From Catajapyx aquilonaris (Eukaryota), in the NCBI GenBank assembly GCA_000934665.2, contig JYFJ02002076.1:1-63486 (forward strand): 63,486 nt of DNA. Direction: 5' to 3'. Shown piece by piece: positions 62,378 to 63,486 of the stretch; position 1 is the stretch's first letter; each line of letters opens with the position of its first letter. The notes beneath the pieces are model-generated. The model searched no databases. It saw nothing but the letters and a program-made list of their open reading frames with translations, and was not told where the DNA came from. The translations under genes and the position numbers were made by a program.

Positions 62378-63047
62378 TCTTCTTTTTCCACTTTATCATA
62401 AAGTGTGTGTAAAAGCGTATACATTTCCATTTTATTAATAATTTAGTATAGGCTACGCAATATTTTACACACTTTACAATAAGTGGGGAAAAGAAGCTTG
62501 TTAATAAGTTTTTTATTTTTTTATTTTCTCACGCATACCTCCCTCTCCTCCAGTATAGGCCTACATAGACGTCATCATGTGACTTCGATACAGTTTTAAT
62601 CTTTAATTATATGGAACCGGTATTTTACGCATAACAGACCGAAAGTGACACCTCTTCATATATAGACTTATAGAGGTTGCAATAAATGTAACTTATATAA
62701 TTATAGAGAGCTACCGTAGCGTGTAACGTCTAAAACGGCTTCGTAACATCAACATTGAAATTACATGATGGCTGAGCGTGTATAGGGTGTTTGTGCGAAT
62801 TACTGAAAATTAGCTAAACTATACTATTATGCTTGCTGGCGTGTAGTTAATCTCGTTTCTTATCTCTAAGCAGGTAGGCTACTCGCTACCCCCGCGAGCA
62901 TAAAGACGGAGACGGCAGCGGCAGGCCCTTTTTTGACCTTTCTTTATCCGACTCAAATTAAATAATTAATGAACTCTTTTTGGATCGAGTTAGCTGCTTC
63001 AGGCGTGTGTTCGTGTATTTACGACTACGACAGTATATTTTGATACC

Positions 63048-63397
63048 GGGGGAGGTGTGGTGGCCGAGATGGTAACGTCTCGGCTTGCTGAGTGAAAGGC
63101 CCCAGGTTCGATCCCCGCCTGGGGAACTTCCTTTCACCTGCGTCGGGAGGGTCTCTGACCTGCACCAAGGAGGTGTCTGGCAACCTAACCTCCTGGGGGA
63201 CTGCACATGGCCCAAAAGCCATAGGACAATGCACCTGCACAAGTGTCCCCTCCCCATGAATCTCTTTCCCTACCCTATACGGAAAACTGATGGTGGTATG
63301 CCACCCCCTATGTAAGGGACATCACGGGGTAATAAAAATAATAAAAATAATAAAATAAATAATAAATAATAATAATAAATAATAAGAATAAATAATA
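63048..63397 (+). mobile_element. tRNA-derived SINE (family A) with (AAT)n tail
   Basis: A box TGGCCGAGATGG and B box GGTTCGATCCC. Homologous to 30044-30392. Confidence 0.9.
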
Positions 63398-63486
63398 CAG
63401 GGTGATCCAACTCTATGGCACCAGTAGTTATTGAAAAAATCGCGCAAGCTGCTTGTTTATAAGCAAGTCGTTGCTAAGAGATGCTT

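Larger units (their letters stand above)
61736..62386. repeat. Perfect 234-bp inverted repeat (61736-61969 / 62153-62386) with 183-bp spacer
   Basis: The arms are exact reverse complements. Each holds a tRNA gene plus 151 bp of its upstream flank. Confidence 0.95.

Noticed and set aside
63048..63125. SINE heads as real tRNA genes (also about 30315-30392 and 36470-36545)
   Set aside because: The acceptor stems do not close, and they continue into SINE bodies with A-rich tails (two copies have clear TSDs).

Overview
Eukaryotic genomic DNA from an invertebrate animal, probably an arthropod (inference). It is intron-rich and dense in transposon remnants. Four protein genes are supported. (1) An ARHGEF33-like gene on the minus strand, with 5 phase-consistent exons from 26792 down to 3965; no DH domain is visible in the window. 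(2) Seipin/BSCL2 on the plus strand, head-to-head with it, 6 exons at 27457-31434. (3) Actin maturation protease ACTMAP/C19orf54 on the minus strand, 3 exons at 45897-37563, whose second intron is a U12 (minor-spliceosome) intron. (4) An intronless, divergent CDKL-family kinase (54476-52527) with a TGY activation motif, a long activation-loop insertion and a 303-bp tail duplication. Also present are a DNAJA pseudo-exon, three tRNA-derived SINEs, three LINE fragments and many, often nested, MITEs (Tc1/mariner, pogo, hAT, PIF/Harbinger, piggyBac). The most unusual item is a pair of identical, intact, divergent tRNA-Ile genes with a GAT anticodon, which eukaryotes generally avoid. They form the arms of a perfect 234-bp inverted repeat around a young MITE. 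Other candidates are RFX X-box palindrome arrays upstream of the CDKL gene, fold-back MITEs built from mariner 3' ends, and shared structured modules in the SINE and LINE tails. All homology calls are by-eye recognition; no searches were run.
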